The position numbers and the translations under genes are program-made. 64,000 nucleotides of DNA from NCBI RefSeq assembly GCF_006345805.1, contig NC_043010.1, positions 26,598,001-26,662,000 on the forward strand, in the 5' to 3' direction. This DNA comes from Octopus sinensis. Lineage: Eukaryota. Shown piece after piece: positions 1-12,955 of this stretch. How positions within the stretch are numbered: the stretch's first letter is position 1; each line of letters opens with the position of its first letter. Below the pieces are notes generated by a model that was not told where the DNA came from, did no database searches, and saw only the letters and a program-made list of their open reading frames with translations.

Positions 1-40
1 TTCCATGATGTAATTGTTTATATATATATTTATGTATATT

Positions 41-393
41 CTTTTATTCTTTTACTTGTTTCAGCCATTTCACTGTGGCCATGCTGGAGCATCGCCTTTA
101 GTTGAGCAAATCGATCCCAGGACTTATTCTTTGCAAGCCTATCACTTATTCTATCGGTCACTTTTGCTGACCCACTAGATTACGAATACTTTGACACGCC
201 ACCATCAGTTGTCAAGCGATGGTGGGAGGATAAACACAGACACCCAAACACACACACTCACATATATATACAATGGGGTTTGATCAGCCTGAGGGTATAG
301 TAGAAAACACTTGCCCATGGTGCCATGCAGTAGGACTGAACCCAGAACCATGTTGTTGGTAAGCAAGCTACTTACCACACAGCCACTCCTGTG

Positions 394-397
<4 letters not shown>
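41..397 (-). mobile_element. tRNA-derived SINE, group A (head GGCTGTGTGGTAAG, CCTTGGGCAAGT CORE-like segment, internal microsatellite, tail AAATGACTGAAACAAGTAAAAG)
   Basis: Reverse complement matches about 19 other copies in the window; B-box-like GGTTCAGTCC in the head; internal deletion relative to the 37577 copy. Confidence 0.85.
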
Positions 398-435
<38 letters not shown>

Positions 436-1371
436 TATATACATGTGTGTGTGTGTGCATTAACTTTTAAATGTATATTTGCATGCACATACTTACACGC
501 ACACATATATACAGACAGAAAGAGTTAAGTACACACACATTGACTTATCGTAATGTCACTAAATATAACCTTTAAAATGTGTTGCATATTGTTGTCTTTG
601 ATCATCAAACAGGTTCTGTCTCTGTAGTTGACATTTTATCTGAAGGGACTAAGTGCCTTTGGTGGCACAGTGACTGCCATGGAGTTTAACCCTTTCCACT
701 GAAGCACATAGATAACTGCATTGTTCTGGTAACATCTGCACATGTATCTAAATTCCATGTTGAGTTTACTACTGCTGCTGCTGCTACTACTTCTGCTACT
801 ACTACTGCTGCTACTGCTGCTACTACTACTACTACTAATACTACTACTACTACTTCATTATTTCTTCATATCTGTCTACCTATTTATCTCTCCCTTATAC
901 TGCAAATGTACTGAGAATAGTGGTGTTTTTATCCTAAGGAAGTACTCCTGGTACAAACCTTCTGGTACTTTCTCCTCTTCCTGTAAAAATGATAATAATT
1001 TAATCGAGATTTCTATTTCCAAACTACTTTGTACTGAAGAGATCCAACTAGATTGAAATGGTAGATATGTATGAATATTAAGGAGTCTTTGATTAAAAGA
1101 AAAATTAAAAGAGAGAAAATTTAATCAAATGTGTATATAAAAAAAACCATGTTTTTTTTCTTTTTGCTAATAACACAAAAAGAAAGAAAAAAATTGTAGT
1201 AATATGGATTCTAGCAAGACAATTCTGTCTATTGTCAAAGAGGCAAACAACCAAATAGACTTAAAGATTACATGGATAATCTAATTTATTCATTAGAAAT
1301 ATTATTTTGGAATATATTAATGACTTCCTTCACTGACGCCTTGATCTTCAACTTTGAGCATTCACTATTAC

Positions 1372-1431
1372 CTTGTTAACCTTTAGTAACTGCATTTTTT
1401 CTAGAATTGTTTCCCTTGCAACTGCCTGTTG
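1372..1431 (-). other. Possible 60-nt exon (QQAVARETILEKMQLLKVNK), unassigned
   Basis: ttttctcctctgtag acceptor, AAG|GTAATA donor, open phase-0 frame; no recognisable homology, and the + strand also offers plausible splice sites. Confidence 0.25.
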
Positions 1432-1787
1432 CTACAGAGGAGAAAACTCATATGGTGACATGATGCATCTACTGTGTGCTAAAAATTAGTTATATAAACT
1501 CTGTCTGCCATTTCTACCATTTGACTTCACTGCTAACTCTCTCTTCTTTTTATTGTTATTGAAACTTGTAATAAGGATAATGTGATGAAAACAGTATTTT
1601 AAATTTCCTTTTTCTTGCTAATTTTATTATGGTAGAAATGGAAACTGGAACATTGAACAAAACACTTGAGGAGGAATTTACTTTTAAGAAGTCGTTAGGA
1701 GATAATTCATTTGTTATTACATCCAATGTTTTCCATGCTACCATGAAATATATATATATGTATATATATATATATGTATATATAATT

Positions 1788-2314
1788 GATAAACAGGATG
1801 TCAAACATTAAGGCAAGGGAAACATCTCAAGTCATATACAATATTATTATAGGAAGAAATTCAAAATCTTACAACTGTTTCTGGAATATCCTCGAGTATG
1901 AGATATTCCCATACTCCCGTCATCAGAAGACAAATTGGGGAGAAAAAATATGGAAAATGAGAATGGAATATATCAATAAGATGACAGCATAGAGAAAAGG
2001 AGTAAAAGAATAAGGAGATGGAAGTAAAAGAATGGTATATAACTTCGGAAAGTTGAACTATGAACTTTTATGCCTCATTTTTTTTTTCTCTTTCCATCTC
2101 CTTATTCTTTTACTCCCTTCCTCTATGTTGTCATCTTATTGATATATTCTATTCTAATTTTCCATATATTTTCTCCCCAATTTGTCTCTGATGGAATAGC
2201 CCATACCCGAGGATATCCCAGAAACAGCTGTAAGATTTTGAATTTCTTCCTATAATAATATTGTATATGAATTGAGATGTTAGCCTTGCCTTAATGTTTG
2301 ACGTCTTGTTTATC
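1788..2314. mobile_element. Foldback (inverted-repeat) Penelope-like remnant with two decayed hammerhead motifs
   Basis: About 230-bp imperfect inverted arms (1788-~2030 vs ~2085-2314); CTGATGA...GAAACAGTTGTA at 1867-1930 (-) and CTGATGG...GAAACAGCTGTA at 2185-2235 (+). Confidence 0.7.
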
Positions 2315-2451
2315 TATCCACTGCATTGGAAATTTGCAATGGCTCCATAACTACTGTCTCAGCTATAACCTTGCAGCCCCAGTAATCCGTTACAGTACTT
2401 ACCTAGTGTACCTAATTGTTTAGATCACCTGTGAACTAAACCCCCATACTT

Positions 2452-2549
<98 letters not shown>

Positions 2550-3071
2550 TATATATATGTATGTATGTGTATATATGTGTATGTATGTGTGTATATATAT
2601 ATATATATATGTATGAATATATGTATGTATGTGTATATATATGTATGTATGTGTGTATATATATATACACATACATACATACATGCATACATACATACAC
2701 ACACATACATACGTACATACATACATATTTAATTTATGTATATATATATATGCACAACTGTCATGCAACACTTGTGCTACAAACTGCAGATCTGTAGCTT
2801 ATCTAAAACCTCATTTATGAAGTCATGGATGCGGAGAGGATGACAATGGAGAAACAAGACTGCAATCATTTGTAAAGATGCTGTCATCGTCGTCATTATC
2901 ATCATATGTGTATGTGTTCTTGAATGCTTCTATATATATATATCTATGCAAATATCTGTGTGTGTATATAGATAGGTAGATAAATTGATTGACAGATAGA
3001 CAGATAGATAGATAGATAAATAGATGTGTTCATAATGTATGTGTATGAATATGTGTGTATATACATATATA

Positions 3072-3125
<54 letters not shown>

Positions 3126-3764
3126 GGTGTGGCCTAATAGGTGCAGGCATGGTTGTACGGTAAAACGTTTGCTTTCCAACCACATGGTTCCAGGATCATT
3201 CCCACTGTGTGGTACCTTGGGCTAGTGTCTTCTACTATAGCTGCAGGCCAACAAAATCCTTGAGTGAATTTGGTAGACAGAAACTGAAAGAAGCCTGTTT
3301 TATATGTATATATGAGAGGCAGGTGGCACTTTCTCCTTGCTTTGATATAGTATGATAGTTGTAAAGTTGTGTCACTGACATGCAAGCAGTGTCATCTTTT
3401 CGTAATGTTCCCTGAAAATTTGTCTGGTCATGGGGAAATATCACTTTATTTGGAAACAGATGAGGGTTGGTGACAGGAAGGGCATTTGTCTGGAGAGAAG
3501 AGGCCTCAATATAATTCTCTCCAACCTGAGGCAGGCATGGTAAAATGGGCATAAAAATGAGGATTACATACATACATGACACACAGACACACACACACAC
3601 ATACACGTGTGAGTGGTTGGGCAGTAAAAACAATGCACTCAGTACAGTCATTGGAGCACAACAAAGCCCTCTACCTCATCAGCTCCTGTCAAACCATCCA
3701 ACCAATGCCAGCATGGAAGAGAAACATAAAAAAAAATGATAGCAATGATTTGATATATATATAT

Positions 3765-4103
3765 CAGGAGTGGCTGTTTAGTGAGAAGGCACAGGAATGA
3801 TTGTGTGGTAAGAAACTTGCTTCCAAGCCACATGGTCCTGGGTTCAGTATCTTCTACTATAGCCTCAGGCTGACCAAAGCCTTGTGAGTGGATTTGGTAG
3901 ACAGAAACTGAAAGAAGCTTCACACACAAGACAGGTGGTGTACAAAACAAACATGTATTAGTATAACGCTCAGGAATTGAAAAAGTCTTTTATGTTTCAA
4001 GCCTACACTCTTCTACAGAAAGGGACACAGAAAGAAACAAGGAGAGAAAATAAAGGATGTGTAGTGGCTACCAATCTATCCTGGTGATATATATATATAT
4101 GTA

Positions 4104-4154
<51 letters not shown>

Positions 4155-4350
4155 TGTGTGTCTGTGTTTGTCCCCCCTTCATCACTTGACAGTCAATGTT
4201 GGTGTGTTTACGTCCCCATAACTTAGCGGTTTGGCAAAAGAGACTGATAGAATAAGTACTAGGCTCACAAAGAAGAAGTCATGGAGTCAATTTGTTCGAC
4301 TAAAGGTGATGCTCCAGCATGGCTGCAGTCAAATGACTGAAGCAAGTAAA
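3765..4350 (+). mobile_element. Group A SINE split by a hammerhead-bearing insertion (~3925-4085, -) in its internal microsatellite
   Basis: Head 3765-3920, tail 4150-4350; the insert is homologous to 55330-55500. Confidence 0.75.
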
Positions 4351-4663
4351 TGAAAAAAATATATATTCTTTTATTCTTTTACTTGTTTTAGTCATGTGTC
4401 TGCGGCCATGCTGGGGCAATCACTTGTTCTATGTACCACACAATGGTACTGAACTAAAATCCATGTGGTTGGGAACCCCTACTCTCAAGTTACTCTCAAT
4501 TTCATTTCAGACATTCCTAGTCACCAATTTAATTCACAAATTAAACAGTTTTATGATCCTCCAATTAAATATAAAGGATCATAAATTTACCTCTGTTTGG
4601 ATTTAAGATCATTTATGTCATTAATTAATTAATTAATTAATTAATTAAGGGAGACTGATTGGA

Positions 4664-5068
4664 TTCTTTATTCTTTTACTTGTTTCAGTCATTTGACTGC
4701 GGCCATGCTGGAGCACCACCTTTAGCTGAGCAAATCATACTCAGGACTTAATCTTTGTAAGCCTAGTACTTACTCTATCAGTCTCTTTTGCTGAGCCGCA
4801 TCTTTTGCTGAGCCAGCATCAGTTGTCAAGCGATGGTGGGGGGGGGGACAAAGACAGACACAGAAACATATACATATGCGCACGCGTATGCATACACACA
4901 CACATATATATACGGCAGGCTTCTTTCAGTTTCCGTCTACCAAATCCACTCACAAGGCTTTGGTTGGCCTGAGGCTGTAGTAGAAGACACTTGCCCAAGG
5001 TGCCACGCAGTGGGATTGAACCTGGAACCATGTGGTTGGTGAGCAAGCTACTTACCACACAGCCACTC
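4664..5068 (-). mobile_element. Group A SINE, near full length
   Basis: Colinear with the 37577-38020 and 41147-41525 copies. Confidence 0.9.
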
Positions 5069-5326
5069 ATCATTAATTAAATATGAGAGACCATAGGCAT
5101 TATTTTATGTAATCAGTTAAATATGGGAGACTTGACATACTGTTTTATGGATTTACAATCTTGTATGCCACCTGTTGAATATGGATGACCATAAAACTCA
5201 CCACAGATTAAATCTAGACTGTATCTCCAATTAAGTATGGAGGACCCTTTTCACCATTTATTGGATTTAAACATATTTTATGTTACAACTGGTTACCATA
5301 GTATATGGGAGTTTATAGGTGCCAAA

Positions 5327-5662
5327 GTGAAGGCACCTGGTTCAGTGGCTAGAGCAACAATCTTACGACCGCGAGGTTGTGAGTTCGAATCCCAACCGGG
5401 ATGCATGTTGTGTTCTTGAGCAAGAAACTTTATTTCCCGTTGCTCCAGTTCACTCCGCTGTAGAATTGAGTTGCAATGTCACTGATGTGAAGCTGTATCG
5501 GCCTTTGCCTTTCCCTTGGATAACATTGATGGCATGGAGAGGGGAGGCCAGTATGCATGGGCGACTGCTGGTCTTCTATAAACAACCTTGCCCAGACTTG
5601 TGCCTTGGAGGGTAACTTTCTAGGTGCAATCCCATGGTCATTCATGACCGAAGGGGGTCTCG
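5327..5662 (+). mobile_element. tRNA-derived SINE with CORE-like segment (group D)
   Basis: A-box-like TGGTTCAGTGG, B-box GTTCGAATCC, then TGTGTTCTTGAGCAAGAAACTTTATTTC. Confidence 0.75.
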
Positions 5663-6220
5663 GAGGTGCCAAATAATTGGGCTCAAAATATTTTTGTTAC
5701 CAATTGAATATGGACGACCACAAAGTCACCACTAGTTATATTCAAGATATTCTGTGTCACTAGTTAAATATGGAAAGCCATAAAGACCATAAAGTTAACA
5801 ATAGTCAAATTCAAGATATTTCACCAGTTGAATGTAAAAGATAGTAAGTTAGTCTCTCTCTATATTTTATGGCACTTGTATGCAAACAACCCTTTATTTC
5901 ATATGAGCGAAGGATTACGAGGCCATAAATATGTCCATATTACATTACAGAGACATAATTAGATTAAGGTCAGACCCGTTATTTAATCAACTTTGTTGCA
6001 TGTTATTAAGTAAATTTTAATAAGTATTCTTTTGTTTGTTTATTTATTTAATTATATATTTGTTTATTCATGCTGAGACTTGCAACACAATCTAACATGC
6101 ACACACACACATGCATACACACACAGACACACACACAAACATGCATTAGAAGTACTTGTTTATAAAGCGTCTTATTTTTGTTTTATGTGGAGCCATTTAA
6201 TGAAATGTAGGTTGATGACA

Positions 6221-6787
6221 TAGGTGTGGGCATGGCTGTGTGGTAAGAAGTTTGCTTCCCAACTGCATGGAACTGGGTTCAGTTCCACTGCTTGGAATCT
6301 TTGACAAGTTTCTTCTCCTGTAGCCTCAGGCCAACCAAAACTTTGCGAGTGGATTTGGTTGACAGAAACTGAAAGAAGCCCGTCATATATGTATGTCTAT
6401 TTATATATATAGCTGAAATTTACAGGAAAACAAAGATGGAGACAGATGTATGAACAACAAGCAGGTGTATTAGTTTGATGCTTGGGAAAGTGAGGAAGTC
6501 TTTTACGTTTCGTATATGCTCTTCAACAGAAAGGAATACTACTTTATTCTTCTTATTTATTCCTTATAAACTGTGAATTTTATTCCTTGTAAACTGTAAA
6601 TTTTCCTTGTGTAAAATATCCCTACCTTGTCTCTAATGACGGAATACCCAGTGCACGGATATGCTAACCAAACACTTGGGTTATACTAGAAGCAGCTGTA
6701 CAACTTCAAATTCACCTTACCCTAATCAAATTATATTCTAAATGTCTTGAGATACTCGTTCTGCCTTGGTTTTTATTTCTCCTGTAG

Positions 6788-6841
<54 letters not shown>

Positions 6842-6987
6842 GTGCCCCAGCATGGCCACAGCTCGTGAGCTGAAACTAGATAAAATAAAAAATATATATA
6901 TATAGATAGATAGTAGATAGATAAATAGATAGATAGATAGATATAGATATATATACATACATATTCATATATATATATATATTTATT

Positions 6988-7036
<49 letters not shown>

Positions 7037-7235
7037 ACATGTGTCTGTGTTTGTCCCTCACCACTTACTGACAATTGTTGTTCATGTGTTTACATCCCTG
7101 TAACTTGGCAGTTTAGTAAAAGAGGATAAGTACCTGGCTGAAGATAAACATAAACCGGGGTTGATTCATTCGACTAAAATTCTTCAAAGCAGTGCTCCAG
7201 TATGGCCACAGTCTCATGACTAAAACAAGTAAAAG
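6221..7235 (+). mobile_element. Group A SINE split by two Penelope-like/hammerhead remnants and microsatellites
   Basis: Head 6221-6390, tail 7040-7235; inserts at ~6410-6540 (-) and ~6540-6790 (+) carry degenerate hammerhead cores. Confidence 0.7.
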
Positions 7236-7680
7236 ATGGAAGATCAGTTGGAGAGGTTTGCTTGGTCCAAGCTTATTTGAAGTTCCTGCCGTCTTGGAAA
7301 GATTATGGAACTAATCTTACTCGTACAACACATGGTTTCTATGGCTGGATGTCTTTCTTATTGTCAACCTTTTCACTCTGGCTGCATGTTACGGAAGAAC
7401 ATTAGAGAAGTGATCATATTCTCAACTATACTAAAGAATTTTCTCTATTCTTCATTGCCTCTGTTCACCAACCATTTTACAGAGTATTGGGTCCAATTCC
7501 CTATTGCAGTGGCACCAAGGTGGCTCCTTTCTCCTTGGTATGAGTTAAAGAGTCTTCTCTACCCAACATTCTCTCTATTCTTTTATCCTTTTTGTTGCCA
7601 TAATTCTGTTAAAATACCCTGCCTTTAGAAAATTACTATTTGTAAATCTCACAACGAGAGATATTCAGCAACAGCACTTT

Positions 7681-8004
7681 GGAGTAAAGTAAAGATTGTT
7701 TGCCAACATAACATGGCAGTTCTGGTTTAAGATGAATGTTGCTGTAACTTAGCCCCAGGAGACATCTTCTCCAGCTGGCTATATGACACAATCTGTGTCC
7801 TTATATTTTCGAACAAGGGAATCTAGCACCCCAACAGATATTGTTTTGAGCTGAGCGGGGGTGCTAGATGTCCTTGTTTGAAAATATAAGGACATAGATC
7901 ATGTTGTATAGCCAGCTGGAGGCAATATTTCCTGGGGCTAAATTACAGCAACATTCGTCCTAAACCAGGACTGCCATGTTATGTTGGCAAATAATCTTTA
8001 CTCC
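7681..8004. mobile_element. Foldback/MITE-like element with ~150-bp imperfect inverted arms
   Basis: 7681-7832 is the reverse complement of 7858-8004; core TAGCCCCAGG...CTCCAGCTGGCTAT shared with 25896-26438 and 63120-63290. Confidence 0.8.
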
Positions 8005-8277
8005 ATACTCTGACTTTGTTTCAATCAATTTTAAAAGTAATGAAGAATTTAGTAAAAATAACTCTGCCATTATTTACCTGGTACTTGATAGATAAATTGG
8101 TTTCAAATATTGGCACAAGGCCAGCAATTTCGTGGGAGTGAGCAAATAAAATATATCAACCCCAGTGATCAACTGATACTTGTTCCATCAATCCTGAAAG
8201 CAAAGCAAAGTTGACCTCGGTGGAAACTGAATTTAGAATGTAAAGATGGACGAAATACCACAAAGCATTTTGCACAG

Positions 8278-8602
8278 CCTGCTTGTGAAATTAATGTGCA
8301 AGTGGCTGGGCACTCTACAGACATGTGTACCCTTAATGTAGTTCTTGGGGAGATTCAGCGTGACACAGAGTGTGACAAGGCTGGCCCCTTTGAAATACAG
8401 GTACAACAGAAACAGGAAGAAAGAGTGAGAGAAAGTTGTGGTGAAAGAGTACAGCAGGGTTTGCCACCACCCACTGCAAGAACCACATGGAGCTTTAGGT
8501 GTTTTCACTCAATAAACACTCACAACACCCGGTCTGGGAATCGAAACTGTGATCCTACAATTGCAAGTCCACTGTCCTAACCACTGGACCATTGCACCTC
8601 CA
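8278..8602 (-). mobile_element. Group D-related tRNA SINE
   Basis: Reverse complement of the head (GGTTAGGACAGTGG...TTTCGATTCCCAGACC); body shared with 26458 and 31744. Confidence 0.7.
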
Positions 8603-8689
8603 CCTTATTGGTATAATGGCACTCCCAAGACACAACTAAATTTCATAGTTATTCCAGTAATAATATTAAATGTTAATATTTTCTGCAAG

Positions 8690-9275
8690 TCATATTGCCT
8701 CAATAAAGTGAACATGGCTCAGCAGAAAATAGTTTTCGAGCCTTCCAGAGGCAATGACTGGCAACCGAGATCCTTGGTGATATGCTATGCTTGAGAAGAC
8801 TTGTGAAGCCAAGTGAAATTGTAGTCATGGCTGATGCTGGTGTCACATAACTGGTACCCATGCCAGTAGCGCGTAAAGGGCACCTTTCGAGCATTGGGCC
8901 TCATGGAGGAAAAGTGGCTGTATGCCTTTCGAGCATTGGGCCTCATGGAGGTGAGTTCCTTTCAAGTGTTGGGCCTCAGGGAGGCAATGACTGAGATCTT
9001 TGGAATTATGTTGTACTTGAGAAGAAGACCCTCCAAGCTGAGCAAAATCACAGTCATGGCAGATACCAAATACCAGTGTCACACAAATAGCACCCGAGCT
9101 GGTGGCACGTAAAAGCACCCATTACACTCTTGGAGTGGTTGGCATTAGGAAGGGCATCCAGCTGTAGAAAACCATGCCAAAATCAGACTGGTGCCTGGTG
9201 CAGCCTTCCAGCTTACCAGCCCTGGTCAAACCTTCCAACCCATGCTAGCATGGACAACAGATGTTAAATGATGAT
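8690..9275 (+). mobile_element. RTE LINE 3'-UTR fragment
   Basis: GGAAGGGCATCCAGCTGTAGAAAC...CATGCTAGCATGG...GTTAAA(TGA)n tail, same as the 3' end of the LINE at 48877. Confidence 0.75.
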
Positions 9276-10424
9276 GATGGTGGTGGTGGTGGTGGTGGTA
9301 GTGATGATGATGATGACTTTCCACAACTAACAACAATAGATTGCCATATAAAATTGCTCTCTGCAGTTCAGAAAATTTTACGTGGATATATTAAGTGTAT
9401 ATCTGAGTAGTTCATAAATATTAATCGTTAGCGAGTAAGAGATAGATATAACAAATATGCAGAGAATTTGACTTGAAGAGCAAATTAAAGAAACTCGTTA
9501 TTCATCTGAATATTTACATCTTGATTAACTTTAAGGGTCAGTTGGTTCCACGAAGAGCAATGATAATCTCTGCTCTTGCTCTGGACTAGACTGAGTATCA
9601 TGTAGTTGTGTTGTATTATTTCTGTGTTTGTGTGTGTGTGTATGTGCTTGTTTCCTTGGTGTTGCTTCCCCACCTTCATTTCCACAACTACCACTGCCGC
9701 CGCCACCACTGCCACCACCACCGCCACTGCCACCGCCGCCACTACCGCCGCCGCTGCAACCACCATCACCACTGCCTGCTGCCACCACCACCACTGCCAC
9801 CACCGCCACTGCCACCACTGCCACCACCACTACTGCTGCTATCAAAGTCCTTGAGAATGTTAAGATGTTCTGTTATCTGACTTTCTAGAAAGGGCAAAGC
9901 AACTGTCAGAATTGGTTGATTAACATCAAAGAGCTGCTTATTATCGTGTCATCGTTATTGTCACTGCCATCGTGTATCACTGTTGGCGTCATATCACTTT
10001 TGGCGTCATCGGCAGCGGCATTACGAGCATCATCATCATCATTATTGTCATCACCATCATAATCATCATTGTCATTATCACCGGCATCATTGTCATCACC
10101 ATCATCATCATCATCATCATCGTCATCATTTAAATCTTCTCATGAAGAAAAAGTCAAGTGTGAAACGTTACACTTCACTCATTGAGGTCTGTGAAATGTT
10201 ATCGTTTGAGTGGAGACTAATTTCTGGGACTGGGGCTGCGGCTGGGGCTGGGACTAAGGCCGATGTTGTGCAATGGAGTGGGGGTGGAGGGTGTGATGTG
10301 GGTGGTAGAATGCACTGTCAGGTGGTGGACAGGGTGGGTGGCTGTGATGGTACTTGTGACATGCAACATTCGTGGTAGACAAGGTGCAATGTTGGTATTG
10401 GAGTGTGTGATATGGATGGTCGAG

Positions 10425-12040
10425 TATAGCAGTGGGTAGCTGTGATGTTGGTCAGGTACAGCAGTGGGTAGCTGTGATGTTAATCAGGTACAGCAGTGGG
10501 TAGCTGTGATGTCAGTCAGTACAGCAGTGGGTAGCTGTGATATTAATCAGGTTTTGCATTGGGTAGCTGTGATGTTAATCAGGTATGGCAGTGGGTAGCT
10601 GTGATGTTTGCTAGGTACAGCAGTGGGTAGCTGTGATGTTAATCCGGTGCAACAGTGGGTAGCTGTGACGTTAATCAGGTATAGCATTGTGTGGCTGTGA
10701 TGTTGATCAGGTACAGCAGTGAATAGCTGTGATGTTAGTCAGGTATGGCATTGGGTAGCTGTGATGTTAGTCAGGTACAGCAGTGGGTAGCTGTGATGTT
10801 AATCCGGTACAACAGTGGGTAGCTGTGACGTTAATCAGGTATAGCATTGTGTGGCTGTGATGTTGATCAGGTACAGCAGTGGGTAGCTGTTATGTTAGTC
10901 AGGTATGGCATTGGGTGGCTGTGATGTTAGTCAGGTACAGCAGTTGGTAGCTGTGATGTTAATCAGGTACACCAGTGGGTAGCTGTGATGTTAATCAGGT
11001 GTGACATTGGGTAGCTGTTATTTTAGTCAGGTACAGCTGTGGGTAGCTGTGACGTTAATCAGGTATGGCTTTGGGTGGCTGTGATGTTAATCAGGTCCAG
11101 CAGTGGGTAGCTGTGACGTTAAACAGGTCTTGCATTGGGTGGCTGTGATGTTAATCAGGTACAGTAGTGGGTAGCTGTGATGTTTGTTAGGTACAGCAGT
11201 AGGTAGCTGTGATATTAATCAGGTATGGCATTGTGTTAGTCAGGTAAAGCAGTGGGTAGCTGTTATTTTAGTCAGGTACAGCAGTGGGTAGCTGTGACGT
11301 TAATCAGGTATGGCTTTTGGTGGCTGTGATGTTAATCAGGTACAGCAGTGGGTAGCTGTGATGTTTGTTAGGTACAGCAGTGGGTAGCTGTGATGTTAAT
11401 CAGGTATGGCATTGTGTGGCTGTGATGTTGATCAGGTACAGCAGTGGGTAGCTGCGATGTTAGTCAGGTACAGCAGTGAGTAGCTGTGACGTTAATCAGG
11501 TATGGCTTTGGGTGGCTGTGATGTTAGTCAGGTACAGCAGTGGGTAGCTGTGACATTAGTCAGGTACAGCAGTGGGTAGCTGTGATGTTAGTCAGGTACA
11601 GCATTGGGTAGCTGTGATGTTAGTCAGGTACAGCAGTGGGTAGCTGTAATGTTAATCAGGTACAGCAGTGGGTAGCTGTGATGTTAGTCAGGTACAGCAG
11701 TGGGTAGCTGTAATGTTAATCAGGTACAGCAGTGGGTAGCTGTGATGTTAATCAGGTATGGCATCGGGTGGCTCTGATGTTAATCAGGTACAGCAGTGGG
11801 TAGATGTGACGTTAGTCAGGTACAGCAGTGTGTAGCTGTGATGATAATCAGGTACAGCAGTGGGTAGCTGTGACGTTAATCAGGTATGGCTTTGGGTAGC
11901 TGTGACGTTAATCAGGTACAGCAGTGGGTAGCTGTGACGTTAATCAGGTACAGCAGTGGGTGGCTGTGATGTTAGTCAGGTACAGCAGTGGGTAGCTGTG
12001 ACGTTAATCAGGTGCAGCATTGGGTAGCTGTGATGTTAGT
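10425..12040. repeat. 32-bp minisatellite, about 50 copies (CAGGTACAGCAGTGGGTAGCTGTGATGTTA[A/G]T)
   Basis: Direct count of the period (e.g. 11581-11612 repeats at 11613); two variant unit classes; orphan partial copy at 12960-13045. Confidence 0.95.
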
Positions 12041-12224
12041 TTTGGTATGATTATCTCCCTGTAACATAGAAGTTTGGCTAAAGCGGCTGACAAAATAAGT
12101 AGCAGGCTTTACAAAGAAATAACCAGAACTGAGGTGGAGTTACCTGACTAAAATGCTTCAAGACGGTGCCCCAGCATGGCCACAGTCTAGGGACTTATGC
12201 TTAAATCGTTTTGTTGCTGATAAG

Positions 12225-12520
12225 AATTTGAATTCTTTCCTATATTACAAAGAATAATCATTATAAATATTTGGTGCTTTAGTCCAAGACTTCTGCTTTG
12301 CAGTTATTTTGTTTTTATCATCATTGTCATCGAAACAAAGCACTGCATCTCGATCTTCAGGATTAACCTCACTGTCGATAATCTGATCTGAAGAATTTCA
12401 GGTTCATTTAATACCATTGTCAACGGCAATCCAATCACCAACATCTTTATTGTTGAGACTCTGTAATCGACTTTCGGTGCACATTGATTATGCTGTTTGT
12501 ATTATCTCCTTTGGTTTCTG
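12225..12520 (-). pseudogene. Possible pogo/Tigger-like transposase C-terminal remnant
   Basis: Translation DVGDWIAVDNGIK*T*NSSDQIIDSEVNPED...KITAKQKSWTKA resembles the acidic pogo/CENP-B C-termini; stops present. Confidence 0.35.
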
Positions 12521-12626
12521 CCTAACATTTAAAACCATCAAAATCCACTTAAATGAACAAGCAATGAAATCGGCCAAAAGTTTCACCTTACTCTCAAAGG
12601 ATTAGTTTATTAATAGGATCCCTTGT

Positions 12627-12955
12627 GAAGGCGGTGAACTGGCAGAAATGTTAGCACATCAGGTGAAATGCCTAGCAGTATTTCATCTGTCTTTACATAC
12701 CGAGTTCAAATTCCACCGAGGTTGACTTTGCCTTTCATCCTTTTGGGGTCGATAAATTAAGTACCAGTTGTGTACTGGGGTCAGTCTAATCAACTAGCCC
12801 TCTCTCCCCAAAATTTCAGGCCTTGTGCCTCGAGTAGATAAGAATATCTAAGGCGGTGAGCTGGCAAAAACATTAGCATGCTGGGCGAAATGCTTAGCAG
12901 TATTTCGTCTGTCTTTATGTCCTGAGTTCAAATTCTGCCGAGGTTGACTTTCTAT
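12627..12955 (+). mobile_element. tRNA-derived SINE group C (GGCGGTGAGCTGGCAGAA head; TTTCATCCTTTCGGGGTCGATAAATTAAGTACCAG body), full copy plus partial copy
   Basis: B-box GAGTTCAAATTCC; matches many copies at 38148, 45001 and 48465. Confidence 0.85.

Noticed and set aside
7250-7630. Long nearly open frames
   Set aside because: The - strand contains a degenerate RTE-tail motif (AAAGACATCCAGCCATAGAAACC); likely repeat-derived
10425-12040. Minisatellite as a CRISPR array or a mucin-like coding repeat (LTSQLPTAVPD)
   Set aside because: Units are contiguous with no unique spacers, the context is eukaryotic, and the 32-bp period puts a stop in every frame
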